A stretch of 64,000 nt of DNA, from assembly GCA_031258155.1 (NCBI GenBank), contig JAIRNH010000056.1, positions 4,872 to 68,871 on the forward strand. Direction: 5' to 3'. Below, in pieces: positions 1-10,634 of the stretch (the stretch's first letter is position 1; every line of letters begins with the position of its first letter). This stretch comes from Helicobacteraceae bacterium (lineage in GTDB: Bacteria > Campylobacterota > Campylobacteria > Campylobacterales > SZUA-545). The notes beneath the pieces were generated by a model, which saw nothing but the letters and a program-made list of their open reading frames with translations, was not told the origin of the DNA and searched no databases. The translations under genes and the position numbers were made by a program.

Positions 1-23
1 ACTTACGCTCGATAGAAGAGTTT

Positions 24-596
24 ATGAAGGTGATGGGTATTGAATACGAGCGCGATTTTGAACTCTCTGCGAAAGGCGTTCAGGCGGTTTTGGACAATAG
101 CGGCTCTCTCAAAATCAACGATAAAATATCGCTTGAACTGACCGAGCTAAGAACCGTTTTGCGTTTTATGCCGTTGCGCGGCGGCAAAAAAGATCGTTTT
201 GTTTTCGATCACCCGCTCGGCGCGATGAAACAGATAGACGGGCGCTACGACGTTTTCATAGGCAATAAGCGCATAAGCTCTTTTTATCCTCAATTTTTCA
301 ACGATAATTGCCAACTGGATAAAGCGACGATCGCGATCGACGGCGCGAGCGCCGTAACGGCGATCGGCGATACGTTCGAGGTCAAAAACAGCTTTAATAT
401 CGCGCCGATCGAAGGCGTTCGCGTAAACGTGATAGGTTTTAGCGCCAAAAACGCGCGAAACGAAAGCGGAATCGTAATCGAGAGAAAAAATATGATCGGA
501 CGTTTTAGCGAAGACGTTAGGGAGCGAATCTACCGCGTGGAGTTTTATCGCGGCGACAATTTTTGCGGGACGATTAACGCCAAATTCGCTAAGTAG
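24..596 (+). CDS. hypothetical protein, no domain recognised; possibly 5'-truncated by the window edge
   Basis: 190-aa ORF; frame stays open from nt 3 to the ATG at 24; 3' end overlaps the convergent polymerase gene by 8 nt. Confidence 0.5.
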   Translation: MKVMGIEYERDFELSAKGVQAVLDNSGSLKINDKISLELTELRTVLRFMPLRGGKKDRFVFDHPLGAMKQIDGRYDVFIGNKRISSFYPQFFNDNCQLDKATIAIDGASAVTAIGDTFEVKNSFNIAPIEGVRVNVIGFSAKNARNESGIVIERKNMIGRFSEDVRERIYRVEFYRGDNFCGTINAKFAK

Positions 597-1842
597 CTTT
601 CGCGTAAGTCAACGCGGCGTATCCGTATTTGGATCGCGCTTTGAGCGCCGCGTCGTCAATGCGGCGGTTTTTGCGATCCTCTTGATAGGAAAACAGACCA
701 TAAACGACGGGTTTATCGTTGAAATCGCCGGCGCTAACGGCTAAATAGTTTATGGCGTCGCTTGGATTTTTGTCGATCGTTTTGAAAGCCTCTTTGGCGA
801 TCTGCCGCAATAGCTTCTCGCTAAACGGGCGATCGGCTCTAATTTTGACGCGCTCGTTCGGAAAAATCTCATAGCCCGCGATAAAGGTAAAACTAAGCGG
901 TTCCTTGTTGCTCCGCGCGATATTATAGGCTAGACGACCGCATAGGATATACAGCCTTCGTAGCGCTTCGGCGCGATCGAAGATCGGATCGAAAACGCGC
1001 GATATGCCTATCTGTTTGCGCTCGCTCGCGTCGGTTTCTAGCGCAATCCGCTCTCCTTGCAGCTCGCGAAGCAGATCGCGCCCGTTTTTGCCGAGCGCGG
1101 TTAGCAGGCTTGGCGATCTGAGCGCGTCGCCCAGCGTTCTTACGCCGTATCGCTCTAAATACGCGCCCGTCTTTTGCCCGATTCCGGCGAGCGCTTTGAT
1201 TGGTTTGTCGTTTATAAAGCCGTTTATATCGCCGTCTTTAACGATCAAAACGCCAAACGGCTTGGCGCTTTTTGACGCCAGCTTAGCGATCGATCTGTTT
1301 GCTCCCGCGCCAATAGAGGCCGGCAGACGCAACTCTTTGTAAAGATCGGCTTGCATATTGCGCAGATACCGCTCGATTTCGTGTTCTTTGATAAATCCCT
1401 CTAGCGATCCAAAAAATTCGTCTATGCTATAGCGCTCCAAAACGGGAACGCGCGCCTCTAAAAACTCGGCGGCGGCGTTGGATAACGACGTATAAAAAGG
1501 TAGATCGGCGCCCAAAACTCGCAGTTTCGGGCAGCGGCGCAACGCCTCGCAAAGCGTAGTCCCCGTTTTAACGTCGAAACTGCGCGCCTCGTAACTCGCG
1601 GCGATCACCACTCCGCGCGCGCGAGAGCCTTCCAAAAAATGTGATCGCCAATCGCCGCCGTCAAATTTACCGCTAGACGCGCAAGGAGGCTTTTGGGCGC
1701 TCGCGTTTGTTTTGATCGTCTCGCCGCCAAAGATCGCCGCGTCGTTTCTCTTTACCACCGCAGCCGCCGCGCCGCGAAACGGAGCGTAGCGCGTCCTCTC
1801 GGCGCTAACGAAAAAGCAATCAAAATCAAGATGAATAATCAT
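589..1842 (-). CDS. Y-family (DinB/UmuC-like) translesion DNA polymerase
   Basis: 417 aa; N-terminal IIHLDFDCFFVSAE catalytic Asp motif; SIDEFF catalytic Glu motif; roughly 45-aa insertion after the first motif; start overlaps stop of upstream S24 gene (ATGA at 1839-1842). Confidence 0.85.
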   Translation of the reverse strand: MIIHLDFDCFFVSAERTRYAPFRGAAAAVVKRNDAAIFGGETIKTNASAQKPPCASSGKFDGGDWRSHFLEGSRARGVVIAASYEARSFDVKTGTTLCEALRRCPKLRVLGADLPFYTSLSNAAAEFLEARVPVLERYSIDEFFGSLEGFIKEHEIERYLRNMQADLYKELRLPASIGAGANRSIAKLASKSAKPFGVLIVKDGDINGFINDKPIKALAGIGQKTGAYLERYGVRTLGDALRSPSLLTALGKNGRDLLRELQGERIALETDASERKQIGISRVFDPIFDRAEALRRLYILCGRLAYNIARSNKEPLSFTFIAGYEIFPNERVKIRADRPFSEKLLRQIAKEAFKTIDKNPSDAINYLAVSAGDFNDKPVVYGLFSYQEDRKNRRIDDAALKARSKYGYAALTYAKAT

Positions 1843-2492
1843 CGCAAATCGGCGCTAAAAACGCCCGTTACTCTGCCGATTATCCGCGCTTCGTCGGGGG
1901 AGACCTCGATATTCGGATAAGCCGCGTTGTCCGAAACCAGCGTTAAAGAGCCGATCGCGGCGCGGCGGATACGTTTGACAAACAATCCCAGCGGCGCGGC
2001 GATCGCGTAAATAGCGCCGTCCTTGATCCTATCTTCGCCGCGATCGATAAAGATAAGATCGCCGTTTTTTATCGTCGGCTCCATCGAGTCGCCCTCGACC
2101 TTAACTATGTCGATCGCGCTTCGATCGCCGCGCGAGGCAAAGGCAAAACAAGGCGCCAACGCCGCCGTTTCATACTCCTCGCCCAGATCGAACGTTCCGC
2201 CGCCGGCTGAAAGTTTAGCCTCGCCGAAATACCTAGCGAACGAGTAACGCTCCGTGTTTTCCACAAGCGAAGCGGCGCTTTGGTTGAACAACACCCAATT
2301 GATGCTGACGCGCCGCTTAGCGCAGAAGGCGGCGATCTCCTCTAAAGGAAGGCGATCGCGGCTTTTGAGCGTCGCCAAAGCGCCCGCGCCGACGCCAAGC
2401 GCCCGCGCTACGTCCGCGTCTTTTACCTTTCCCTCGAACTCGCTTGAAAGTATCTCTTTGATCCGATCTAACGCCTCTTGCGCTCGCGCCAT
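1839..2492 (-). CDS. HTH + S24 peptidase repressor (LexA/CI/HdiR/UmuD-like)
   Basis: 217 aa; N-terminal HTH-like segment (VARALGVGAGALATLKSRDRLPLEEIAAFC); Ala-Gly candidate self-cleavage site (LSAGGG); GDSMEPT Ser motif and FVKRI Lys motif of S24 peptidases. Confidence 0.85.
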   Translation of the reverse strand: MARAQEALDRIKEILSSEFEGKVKDADVARALGVGAGALATLKSRDRLPLEEIAAFCAKRRVSINWVLFNQSAASLVENTERYSFARYFGEAKLSAGGGTFDLGEEYETAALAPCFAFASRGDRSAIDIVKVEGDSMEPTIKNGDLIFIDRGEDRIKDGAIYAIAAPLGLFVKRIRRAAIGSLTLVSDNAAYPNIEVSPDEARIIGRVTGVFSADLR

Positions 2493-2679
2493 CTTTCGCT
2501 CCTTTTTTTGGACAATATAACACGTTGCAATTAAAATACCGTAAAAGATTACATAATGTGATGTTAGCTACGATCGCGATTTAAATAAATCAAGATTTGA
2601 TCGGCGCGATTTTCCGCTCGACTAGCCCGCTTTTACCGCAAGATCGCTAAAATATAGTTTTAACACGTGTCGGAGTCGT

Positions 2680-3312
2680 ATGAAACAAAGAATAGGCGTT
2701 ATTTTGGCGCTTGGCGCGTTGGCGCTTGGTTGCTCGCAAAAAGAGGTCTCCAATCAAAGCGCGGAGTATTGGTATCGTCAGGTTTCGGAACAGATCGTAA
2801 GAGGCAATATAGAGCTGGCGGGCGATCGGTATTCGGGGTTGGCGGGAGAGCATTTCGGATCGCCTCTTTTAGCGGAGGCGACGCTTATGATGGCGATCGC
2901 GCATTTGGAAGCCGAAGAGTATCTGCTCGCCAATTTCTATCTCGACGAATACGCAAAGCGTTTCGGCGCGCGTCAAAACGCGGATCGCATCGCGTATCTT
3001 AAATTGCTTTCGGATTACCGCGGAATTACGCGCCCCTTGCGCGATCAGAAATTAGCGCTAGACGCGATCGAGCGATCGGAGGCTTTTGTATCGCGTTTTG
3101 GCGAAAGCCGATTTAAACCGTTCGCGGCGACAATCGGCGTCAAAGCGAAGTTGTTTAGTCGCGAGCTTAGCCTGAAGATAGCCGATCTCTATAGACGGCT
3201 CGATAAGGAGGAGGCGGCGAAATACTACGAGGCGTTCGGCGAGTTCAAACCCGCCAACGACGGCAAATGGGAACCGTCTTACAGCTGGTTTCCAAAAAGC
3301 CTGTTTGAGTAA
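2680..3312 (+). CDS. bamD: outer-membrane lipoprotein, BamD/ComL-like
   Basis: 210 aa; signal peptide with lipobox LALGC; helical TPR-like repeats; size typical of BamD. Confidence 0.6.
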   Translation: MKQRIGVILALGALALGCSQKEVSNQSAEYWYRQVSEQIVRGNIELAGDRYSGLAGEHFGSPLLAEATLMMAIAHLEAEEYLLANFYLDEYAKRFGARQNADRIAYLKLLSDYRGITRPLRDQKLALDAIERSEAFVSRFGESRFKPFAATIGVKAKLFSRELSLKIADLYRRLDKEEAAKYYEAFGEFKPANDGKWEPSYSWFPKSLFE

Positions 3313-3318
3313 AGGCGT

Positions 3319-5733
3319 TTGATGGAAACCGCGCATAACTCTAATTTGCCGACGACAATGCCGCTGATTATCGAAAGCGATCTGTTTTTATACCCTTTTA
3401 TGATTTCGCCGCTGTTTTTGAGCGACGAAAGAAATATAGCCGCCGTCAACGAGGCGCTTGCGAACCGCGCTCCCGTTATGGTCGCCGCCGCCAAAGAAAA
3501 CGGCGACGGTTTTTACGACGCGGGAACGGTGGGCATAATTATGCGAAAACAGGTTTTGCCGGATAAGCGCGTTAAGGCGCTCTTTCAGGGATTTTCGCGC
3601 GGTAGAATAACCGGCGTAGTCGAGAACGCCGCCGGTCGCGCTATATTTGTCAACGTTTCCGAGATAGAGAGCGGGATATACGACAAAACGCGCATAGGAG
3701 CGCTGCTTGAGAGCTTAAAAGAGAGCGCCCGCGCGTTTTCGTCCGTAAACGCGCATTTCCCCAACGATATTTTAGGCGCGATCGAGGATTTTAGCGATCC
3801 AAACCGCGCGATCGATTTTATAGCCAGCGCGTTAAGGCTAAGGCACAGCGAGTCTTACGAGCTGTTAATCGAAGCCGATCTTGAAAAGCGGTTAATAAAG
3901 CTGCTGGAGATTATCGCTCGGCTTATTGAAAACGCCAAGTTGCAGCGCGAGATCAAAAGCAAAGTGCATAGCAAGATCGATCAGATTAACCGCGAATACT
4001 TTCTAAAAGAGCAGCTAAAGCAGATTAGAAAAGAGCTTGGCGAGGAGACGCAACGCGACGAGGAGATCGAGGAGTATCGCAAAAAACTTGAAAAGAAAAA
4101 AGACTCTATAGGCGAGGAGGGCTACAAAGAGGTCAGAAAACAGCTCGATCGGCTTGGGCGAATGCATCCCGATAGCGCGGACGCAAATCTGTTGCAAACC
4201 TACATAGAGTGGGCGCTAGAAACGCCGTTTGGCGAGTTTTCCAAAAGTAAATTGAGCGTATCCGCCGTCGAGAAAAGACTAGAGCTTGATCACTACGGGT
4301 TAAAAAGACCAAAAGAGCGGATTGTGGAGTTTTTTGCCGTTAGGGAGCTTTTAGAGCGGCGCGAGGCGAACGCCAAAGAGCTACGCGGAACGATTTTGTG
4401 TTTCGTAGGACCGCCCGGCGTCGGCAAAACGAGCCTCGCAAACTCGATCGCCAAAGCGTTAAAACGCGAGTTGGCGCGAATCGCGTTAGGCGGCATGGAG
4501 GACGTAAACGAGCTGCGCGGACACCGCCGAACCTATATCGGCGCGATGCCCGGTCGCATTGTGCAGGGGCTTATCAACGCCAAAACTATGAATCCCGTGA
4601 TGATATTAGACGAGATCGACAAAGTGGGGCGCAATATGCGCGGCGATCCGACCGCCGCGCTTTTAGAGATACTCGATCCGGAGCAAAACGATCACTTTCG
4701 CGACTACTATCTGAACTTCTCCATAGACCTTAGTCGCGTCGTTTTTATCGCTACGGCTAACGATCTAGGCGCCGTCCCCGCGCCGCTTCGCGATCGGCTG
4801 GAGGTTATCAATATCAGCAGTTATACTCCGCAGGAGAAGATCGAGATCGCCAAACGCTATTTGATTCCGCAGGAGCTAAAAAAGCACGGGCTAGACAAGG
4901 AGGAGCTAAAAATATCCTCCGCCGCCCTGCGCGATATGGCGGAAAAATACACCAAAGAGGCGGGCGTTCGCAACCTGCGCCGCGCGATCGCGCAGATTTG
5001 CAGAAAGGCGGCGAAAACGCTTCTAGCGGGCAAAAGCGGGGGGGTCGCCGTCGGATCGGACAACCTCAAAGAGTATCTGGAAAAAATTATCTACGAGGTG
5101 GAACGCGTCGGCAAGAAAAATATCGTGGGCGTGATTAACGGGCTGGCTTGGACTCCCGTCGGCGGCGACGTGCTGAAAATCGAAGCCGTTAAAATCCGCG
5201 CGAATAGCGGCGGTTTGCAATTAACGGGCAGTCTTGGCGACGTAATGAAAGAGTCGGCGCAGATCGCCTACAGCGTGGTAAAAACGCTGATAGACGAGGG
5301 TAAAATAAAGATCGATCTAGCCTCGATTCCTAAAACTACGGACGCGAACGGCAAGGAGACGCCGATTACCGCGAGCGACATATATAACCGCCACCTGATC
5401 CATCTGCACGCGCCGGAGGGCGCCACGCCAAAAGACGGACCAAGCGCGGGCGCGGCGATGGCGTGCGCGATCGCGTCGATTCTTAGCTCCAAAGCCGCTA
5501 GAAGCGATCTGGCTATGACGGGCGAATTGACGCTCACGGGCAGGATTTTGCCGATCGGCGGGCTGAAAGAAAAACTGATCGCGGCGCACCGAGCCAAAAT
5601 AAAAACCGCCCTGATTCCGCAAAAAAACTACGAGAGCGATCTAGACGAGATTCCCGACGAGGTGAAAAATAGCCTAGAGATTATCCCCGTTTGTAAAATC
5701 GACGAGGCGATCAAGCTCGCGTTGGAATCTTGA
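3319..5733 (+). CDS. lon: ATP-dependent Lon protease
   Basis: 804 aa; Walker [10 protein letters not shown]; proteolytic-site motif PKDGPSAG; N-terminal LON domain. Confidence 0.95.
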   Translation: MMETAHNSNLPTTMPLIIESDLFLYPFMISPLFLSDERNIAAVNEALANRAPVMVAAAKENGDGFYDAGTVGIIMRKQVLPDKRVKALFQGFSRGRITGVVENAAGRAIFVNVSEIESGIYDKTRIGALLESLKESARAFSSVNAHFPNDILGAIEDFSDPNRAIDFIASALRLRHSESYELLIEADLEKRLIKLLEIIARLIENAKLQREIKSKVHSKIDQINREYFLKEQLKQIRKELGEETQRDEEIEEYRKKLEKKKDSIGEEGYKEVRKQLDRLGRMHPDSADANLLQTYIEWALETPFGEFSKSKLSVSAVEKRLELDHYGLKRPKERIVEFFAVRELLERREANAKELRGTILCFVGPPGVGKTSLANSIAKALKRELARIALGGMEDVNELRGHRRTYIGAMPGRIVQGLINAKTMNPVMILDEIDKVGRNMRGDPTAALLEILDPEQNDHFRDYYLNFSIDLSRVVFIATANDLGAVPAPLRDRLEVINISSYTPQEKIEIAKRYLIPQELKKHGLDKEELKISSAALRDMAEKYTKEAGVRNLRRAIAQICRKAAKTLLAGKSGGVAVGSDNLKEYLEKIIYEVERVGKKNIVGVINGLAWTPVGGDVLKIEAVKIRANSGGLQLTGSLGDVMKESAQIAYSVVKTLIDEGKIKIDLASIPKTTDANGKETPITASDIYNRHLIHLHAPEGATPKDGPSAGAAMACAIASILSSKAARSDLAMTGELTLTGRILPIGGLKEKLIAAHRAKIKTALIPQKNYESDLDEIPDEVKNSLEIIPVCKIDEAIKLALES

Positions 5734-7104
5734 ATGATCGATTATGAAAAGCTCGCCAAATACTCGGCGCCCGTTCCGCGCTACACAAGCTATCCGACCG
5801 CGCCGGAGTTTAGAGACGATTGGACGCGGCGCGATCTGAGCGAATGTATAGCGCGATCCAATCAAAGCTCCAGAGCGCTTAGCCTATATTTTCATCTGCC
5901 TTTTTGCCGATCGGCGTGTTATTTTTGCGGCTGTAACGTAATATACACAAGTAAAGAGGAGCTAAAAGATCGCTATATCGATTATCTATCGCGCGAGATC
6001 GCGATAATCGGCGATATGCTAGACGTAAAACGCGAGGTTCGGCAGATTCACTTTGGCGGCGGCACCCCGACCTTTTTCAGCGCGGCGCAACTTGCCAAAA
6101 TTATCGGGGTTATCAAATCCGCCTTTCCCAATATAGCAAAGGACGCGGAGTTTGGCGTTGAGATCGATCCTAGATTTTTTACGATCGAGCAGATGGACGT
6201 TTTTGCCCAAAACGGCGTTAATCGCGTCAGCTTCGGCGTTCAGGATTTCGATCCTAGCGTGCAGGAGGCGGTGCATAGAGTTCAGCCTTTCGAGATCGCC
6301 CAAAACGCCGTTGAAATCGCGCGATCGCGCGGCGTTAAAAGCGTTAATATCGATCTGATGTATGGTCTGCCCCGCCAAAACGCGGCGACGTTCGAGCGAA
6401 CCCTAGAGCTAACTTTGCGACTTGCGCCCGATCGCCTCGCGCTATTTAACTACGCGCACGTCCCGTGGCTAAAAAAAACTATGCGCAAGATCGACGAGAG
6501 CGCTATCCCGCCGAGCGCCGAAAAACTAAAGATGTTTCAAATCGCCGCAAAACTATTTGGCGAGAGCGGTTTTGAGATGATCGGTATGGATCACTTCGCA
6601 AAGCCGGACGACGAGCTGTGCGTCGCGCTGAAAGAGGGCAAGCTGCATCGCAACTTTCAGGGCTACACGACGCATAGCGAATGCGATCTGTTTGGTTTCG
6701 GCGTTACGAGCATAAGCGAGGGCGAGGATTTTTACTCGCAGAACGTTCGCGATCTAAGCGGTTACGAAAAGGCTATCGACGGCGGTTTGCCGCCGACGCT
6801 TAGAGGCGTCAGGCTAACCGAAGACGATCGGTTGAGAAAACGGGTTATATTCTCGCTGATGGGTTCGTTTTCGCTTGATTTTGCCGCGATCGAGGCGGAA
6901 TTTGGGATCAATTTTGAACGGTATTTCGCCTCCGATCTAGAGGCGTTAGCGCGGTTAGAGGCGGACGAGTTATTGTCGATCGCAAATCGCCGCATAACCG
7001 TCGGCGATACGGGAAGATTGTTGATCCGCAATATCGTTATGCACTTTGACGATTATCTAAGAAAAACAAGCCCGCAAAATCGCCGTTTTAGTAAAAGCGT
7101 TTAA
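5734..7104 (+). CDS. hemN: oxygen-independent coproporphyrinogen III oxidase / HemN-family radical SAM enzyme
   Basis: 456 aa; PRYTSYPTA N-terminus; CRSACYFCGC radical-SAM CxxxCxxC cluster motif. Confidence 0.9.
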   Translation: MIDYEKLAKYSAPVPRYTSYPTAPEFRDDWTRRDLSECIARSNQSSRALSLYFHLPFCRSACYFCGCNVIYTSKEELKDRYIDYLSREIAIIGDMLDVKREVRQIHFGGGTPTFFSAAQLAKIIGVIKSAFPNIAKDAEFGVEIDPRFFTIEQMDVFAQNGVNRVSFGVQDFDPSVQEAVHRVQPFEIAQNAVEIARSRGVKSVNIDLMYGLPRQNAATFERTLELTLRLAPDRLALFNYAHVPWLKKTMRKIDESAIPPSAEKLKMFQIAAKLFGESGFEMIGMDHFAKPDDELCVALKEGKLHRNFQGYTTHSECDLFGFGVTSISEGEDFYSQNVRDLSGYEKAIDGGLPPTLRGVRLTEDDRLRKRVIFSLMGSFSLDFAAIEAEFGINFERYFASDLEALARLEADELLSIANRRITVGDTGRLLIRNIVMHFDDYLRKTSPQNRRFSKSV

Positions 7105-7153
7105 TAATCGCGCTACAATATCTAGTAAAAAATATAACCGAAAGGATTGTCAA

Positions 7154-8380
7154 ATGATTTCCGCTAAAAGATACTTTGAGGGCAAAAGCGATTTGCGAGC
7201 CGATCAGACGACCTTGAAGGGCGAGCGAGAAAAAAAAACGAGCGGCTATTACGAATTGCCCGATACGCAGAGCGCCCTCTTAGGCGATCTTGAAATCTTC
7301 GCAAAAAGAACGGCGGGCTTTGATTCGATAATAGTCGTTGGCATAGGCGGATCGTCGCTGGGCGTAAAAGCCGCCGATCGTTTCTTGCGCCACTTACCTC
7401 AACGTAACAACAAAAAAATACTATTTCTGGAAAACGGCGATCCTATAGAGTTATCCGTTGCGCTAGAGTCGATCAACCTGCACAGATCGTTTATCCTAAT
7501 CGTTTCTAAAAGCGGCGGCACAATCGAAACAATCTCTATTTTTAAGCTACTGCTATCCAAACTAGGCAAGAGCGAAACGGACGGCTCTTGCGCCGAGCAG
7601 TTCGCCTTTATCACCGACGAGGGTTCGCCGCTAGACAAGCTCGCCCAAAACAACGCGATCAGCCGTTTTCATCTGCCCAAAAACGTCGGCGGGCGTTTCT
7701 CGGTTTTAAGCGCCGTCGGGCTTGCGCCGCTTAAGACGCTAGGTTACGACGTGGAGCGACTTCTGGAAGGCGCGAAAGCTACGCGCGACGATTTTTTCAA
7801 GGACGATCCTTTGGGTTTAAGCGTCAAATCTTCGTTTATCGTGGAAAACGGCGCGCGAATAAACGCGATTTTCGCCTATTCAAACAGCTTTGAAGAGTTT
7901 GTCAAATGGTATGTCCAACTCTGGGGCGAGAGCTTAGGCAAGCTGGACAAAAATAAAAAGCGCGTAGGTTTTACGCCTGTCGGCTTGATCGGCTCGGTGG
8001 ATCAACATTCGTTTTTGCAACTGATTATGGAGGGTCCGCTGGATAAAACCGTAACCTTTATTAAAGTTCGCGATTTTAGGCGTAGCGTCGCAGTGCCGCC
8101 GATTAGCCTCGCGGGATTAGAGAAAAACGATTTCGCTAACAACCAAACCTTTGAAAACCTGATCAACGCGCAAGCGGACGCGACGCTAGAGGCGCTAAAC
8201 AGCGTAGGCGTTCCGACCGACGAGCTGGTAGTCGATCGTCTCGACGAGTATTACTTGGGCGCGCTATTTATGTATTACGAGCTTTTAACCTCTTTGGTTG
8301 GCGCGAAACTTGGCGTCAATACCTACGATCAGCCGGGCGTGGAGCTTGGCAAACAGATTCTTGAGAAAAAATTTAAATAG
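7154..8380 (+). CDS. pgi: glucose-6-phosphate isomerase (short form)
   Basis: 408 aa; GIGGSSLG, SKSGGTIET and GGRFS signatures. Confidence 0.9.
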   Translation: MISAKRYFEGKSDLRADQTTLKGEREKKTSGYYELPDTQSALLGDLEIFAKRTAGFDSIIVVGIGGSSLGVKAADRFLRHLPQRNNKKILFLENGDPIELSVALESINLHRSFILIVSKSGGTIETISIFKLLLSKLGKSETDGSCAEQFAFITDEGSPLDKLAQNNAISRFHLPKNVGGRFSVLSAVGLAPLKTLGYDVERLLEGAKATRDDFFKDDPLGLSVKSSFIVENGARINAIFAYSNSFEEFVKWYVQLWGESLGKLDKNKKRVGFTPVGLIGSVDQHSFLQLIMEGPLDKTVTFIKVRDFRRSVAVPPISLAGLEKNDFANNQTFENLINAQADATLEALNSVGVPTDELVVDRLDEYYLGALFMYYELLTSLVGAKLGVNTYDQPGVELGKQILEKKFK

Positions 8381-8389
8381 GATATTACA

Positions 8390-9352
8390 ATGAGCGCGAT
8401 TGCGGTTATGACAAGCGGCGGAGACAGCGCCGGAATGAATCCGGGCATCAAGCAGTTTGTCGAGCATAGTTTAGAAAGAGGACTGAAACCATATTTGATT
8501 TACGACGGGCTAGAGGGCATGATCGACAACAGGATCAAGCCCGCCGCGCATAGAGACGTTTCGGGCATTATCTATAAGGGCGGCACGATCATACGATCGT
8601 CGCGCTCTAAGCGGTTTTTTGAAAAACAGTGGCGCCAACGCGCCTATGATAATCTGCGCGCGCACGATATAAATAAACTCGTCGTTTTTGGCGGCGACGG
8701 CTCTTTTCGCGCGCTCGACGTTTTTTACCGCGACTTTGGCGTGCCGTTTATCGGCATACCGGCGACGATCGACAACGATATTTTTGGCACCGATTACTGC
8801 CTTGGCGCGGATACGGCGTTAAATATTATCCGTCAAGCGATCGACGACGTGCGCGACACGGCGAGCAGTTTTAAGCGCGCCTTCGTAATCGAAACAATGG
8901 GGCGCGACTGCGGCTATCTCGCTCTCGTTAGCGCGCTTACTAGCGGCGCGGAGATCTGCCTTATCCCCGAACTCTCCTACGATCTGGAAAGTCTCGGTCG
9001 GCGCTTTAAGCGCGAGGTGCAAGCCGGTCGCACCTATATTATCGCGATCGTAGCCGAAGGGGTAAAATTCGCCGCGCAGCTAACCGAATGGCTAGAAGAC
9101 GAGATCGGAATGGAGTCGCGGCTGACGACGCTGGGGCATATTCAGCGCGGCGGCAGTCCGACGGTTCATGATCGGTTGATGGGCTTTGAGTTTGCCACGC
9201 TTGCGATCGACGGCTTGCTTGAAGGGCGAAGCGGCGAGGTAGTCTGCTACAAAGCGTCCAAAATGGTCTATAAATCCATCGGCGAAATCGCTGGCGGAGA
9301 ATACAAGATCAATCCGCTCCATTTGGAAGCCGGTAAAAAACTGACGAAATGA
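8390..9352 (+). CDS. pfkA: ATP-dependent 6-phosphofructokinase
   Basis: 320 aa; TSGGDSAGMN, GGDGS, PATIDND and TMGRDCGYLAL motifs. Confidence 0.9.
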   Translation: MSAIAVMTSGGDSAGMNPGIKQFVEHSLERGLKPYLIYDGLEGMIDNRIKPAAHRDVSGIIYKGGTIIRSSRSKRFFEKQWRQRAYDNLRAHDINKLVVFGGDGSFRALDVFYRDFGVPFIGIPATIDNDIFGTDYCLGADTALNIIRQAIDDVRDTASSFKRAFVIETMGRDCGYLALVSALTSGAEICLIPELSYDLESLGRRFKREVQAGRTYIIAIVAEGVKFAAQLTEWLEDEIGMESRLTTLGHIQRGGSPTVHDRLMGFEFATLAIDGLLEGRSGEVVCYKASKMVYKSIGEIAGGEYKINPLHLEAGKKLTK

Positions 9353-10116
9353 TCGACTGGCTTAATACGAGCGCGGCGATCTGGCGCGGCGACGGTTTTA
9401 AGGCGGTTAAACGTCTTGATCCGATCGCTCTTGGCGATCTACTGGGAATAGATCGCCAAAAGGAGCTACTGCTTGCCAACACGCGCCAATTTCTAAGCGC
9501 CAATCCATGCAACCACGCGCTATTGTGGGGACAGCGCGGCTGCGGCAAATCTAGCCTAATCAAAGCGGTTTTCAACGAGCTAAAAAGCGAGGGGTTGCGC
9601 CTAATCGAGGTTGATCGCGACGAGCTTGCGAATTTGCCGTTAATCGCCGATTTGGTAGATAACGAGCCGTTCAGGTTTATCCTCTTTTGCGACGATCTGA
9701 GTTTTGAAAACGACGAGCGCGGTTATAAGGGGCTAAAGCGGATTTTGGAAGGCTCTATCGAGCTGCCGCCGGATAATATCAAGATTTACGCCACCAGCAA
9801 CCGCCGCCATCTGGTAAGCGAGAGCCTAAGCGATAACGACGGGGCGATCGTAGCGGGAACAAGGGGCGAGCTACACTACGCCGACGTTGTGGAAGAAAAA
9901 CTTTCTCTATCCGATCGCTTCGGCTTGACGCTCTCGTTTTACGCGGGCGGCGAAGAGGAGTATTTGGCGCTGATCGACGCGTATTTTAGAGATTACGGGG
10001 GCGATCGCGCAAAGCTGATGTCGGAGGCAAAGCGTTTCGCGCAACTTCGCGCCGGCAGAAGCCCCCGCGTCGCGAAGCAGTTTATAGGCTACTACGAAAC
10101 CGCCCTAAAACGCTAA
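9349..10116 (+). CDS. DUF815-type AAA ATPase
   Basis: 255 aa; Walker A GQRGCGKSS; Walker B FILFCDDLSF; ATGA overlap with pfkA. Confidence 0.7.
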   Translation: MIDWLNTSAAIWRGDGFKAVKRLDPIALGDLLGIDRQKELLLANTRQFLSANPCNHALLWGQRGCGKSSLIKAVFNELKSEGLRLIEVDRDELANLPLIADLVDNEPFRFILFCDDLSFENDERGYKGLKRILEGSIELPPDNIKIYATSNRRHLVSESLSDNDGAIVAGTRGELHYADVVEEKLSLSDRFGLTLSFYAGGEEEYLALIDAYFRDYGGDRAKLMSEAKRFAQLRAGRSPRVAKQFIGYYETALKR

Positions 10117-10121
10117 TTTCC

Positions 10122-10144
10122 CGCGCGAAACCAAGCGCGTTTAT
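10122..10144 (+). terminator. weak stem-loop (CGCGC-N8-GCGCG) followed by TTTAT after the DUF815 gene
   Basis: inverted repeat read directly at 10122-10139, then a T-rich run. Confidence 0.3.
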
Positions 10145-10490
10145 CCCAAAACGCCCGCGCGATCCTTTACCAACAAAGAACGCGGAATCCTACGAATGGC
10201 GATCGCCGGCGTTAGGCGAACTTTTGTCTCTCGCAAAGAATACGGATCGCGGTTAGCGCGTTTCGTTGCGCGAAATAACAATCCGCGCGTCATTTTATGG
10301 GACTTGGGCTCGATCTAATCCGTTAAAAAACAATGTCGATCAGCTGACTTTCGTTTTACGGATCGATATTTTCGCGCCCTCTTTGTCACCCGCGCGGAGC
10401 GATAGAAACGCGATCGCTTCATAGTCGCGAAAGAATGCGGGTATCCACTCCCCCTCGATCGCGCGAAGTATCGCAATTAACCCTCCTCCC

Positions 10491-10523
10491 TCCATCATTC
10501 CCGCGAAGGCGGGAATCCATCCC
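10491..10523. repeat. hairpin repeat unit with core ATTCCC-GCGAAGGC-GGGAAT (10497-10516)
   Basis: perfect 6-bp arms with 8-nt spacer; same unit recurs at 11511-11537 (inverted) and 53756-53782; degenerate half-units in 10430-10640 (GCGGGTATCC at 10437-10446; GGATACCCGC at 10621-10630). Confidence 0.8.
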
Positions 10524-10634
10524 CTCTCTCCTTCATTCTAGCGAAGCGCCCGCTTTGGTAGGAGCGCAAGGCGCGTAGGATTGCGGGAATATATCTCTCT
10601 CTCTCGCCTTCGGCGTATCTGGATACCCGCTTTC

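Noticed and set aside
589-2492. S24/Y-polymerase cassette as part of a prophage or ICE
   Set aside because: There is no integrase, att-like repeat, phage or conjugation gene, or compositional break in the flanks (lon, bamD-like on one side). It appears to be a stand-alone chromosomal cassette within this window.
7230-7238. A9 homopolymer in pgi, and an A9 run in minE at 38919-38927, as possible phase-variation tracts
   Set aside because: They lie in housekeeping genes and encode plausible Lys-rich segments. Contingency loci in this phylum typically use longer poly-G/C tracts, and I saw no G/C run longer than 7 (G7 at 5037-5043 in lon).
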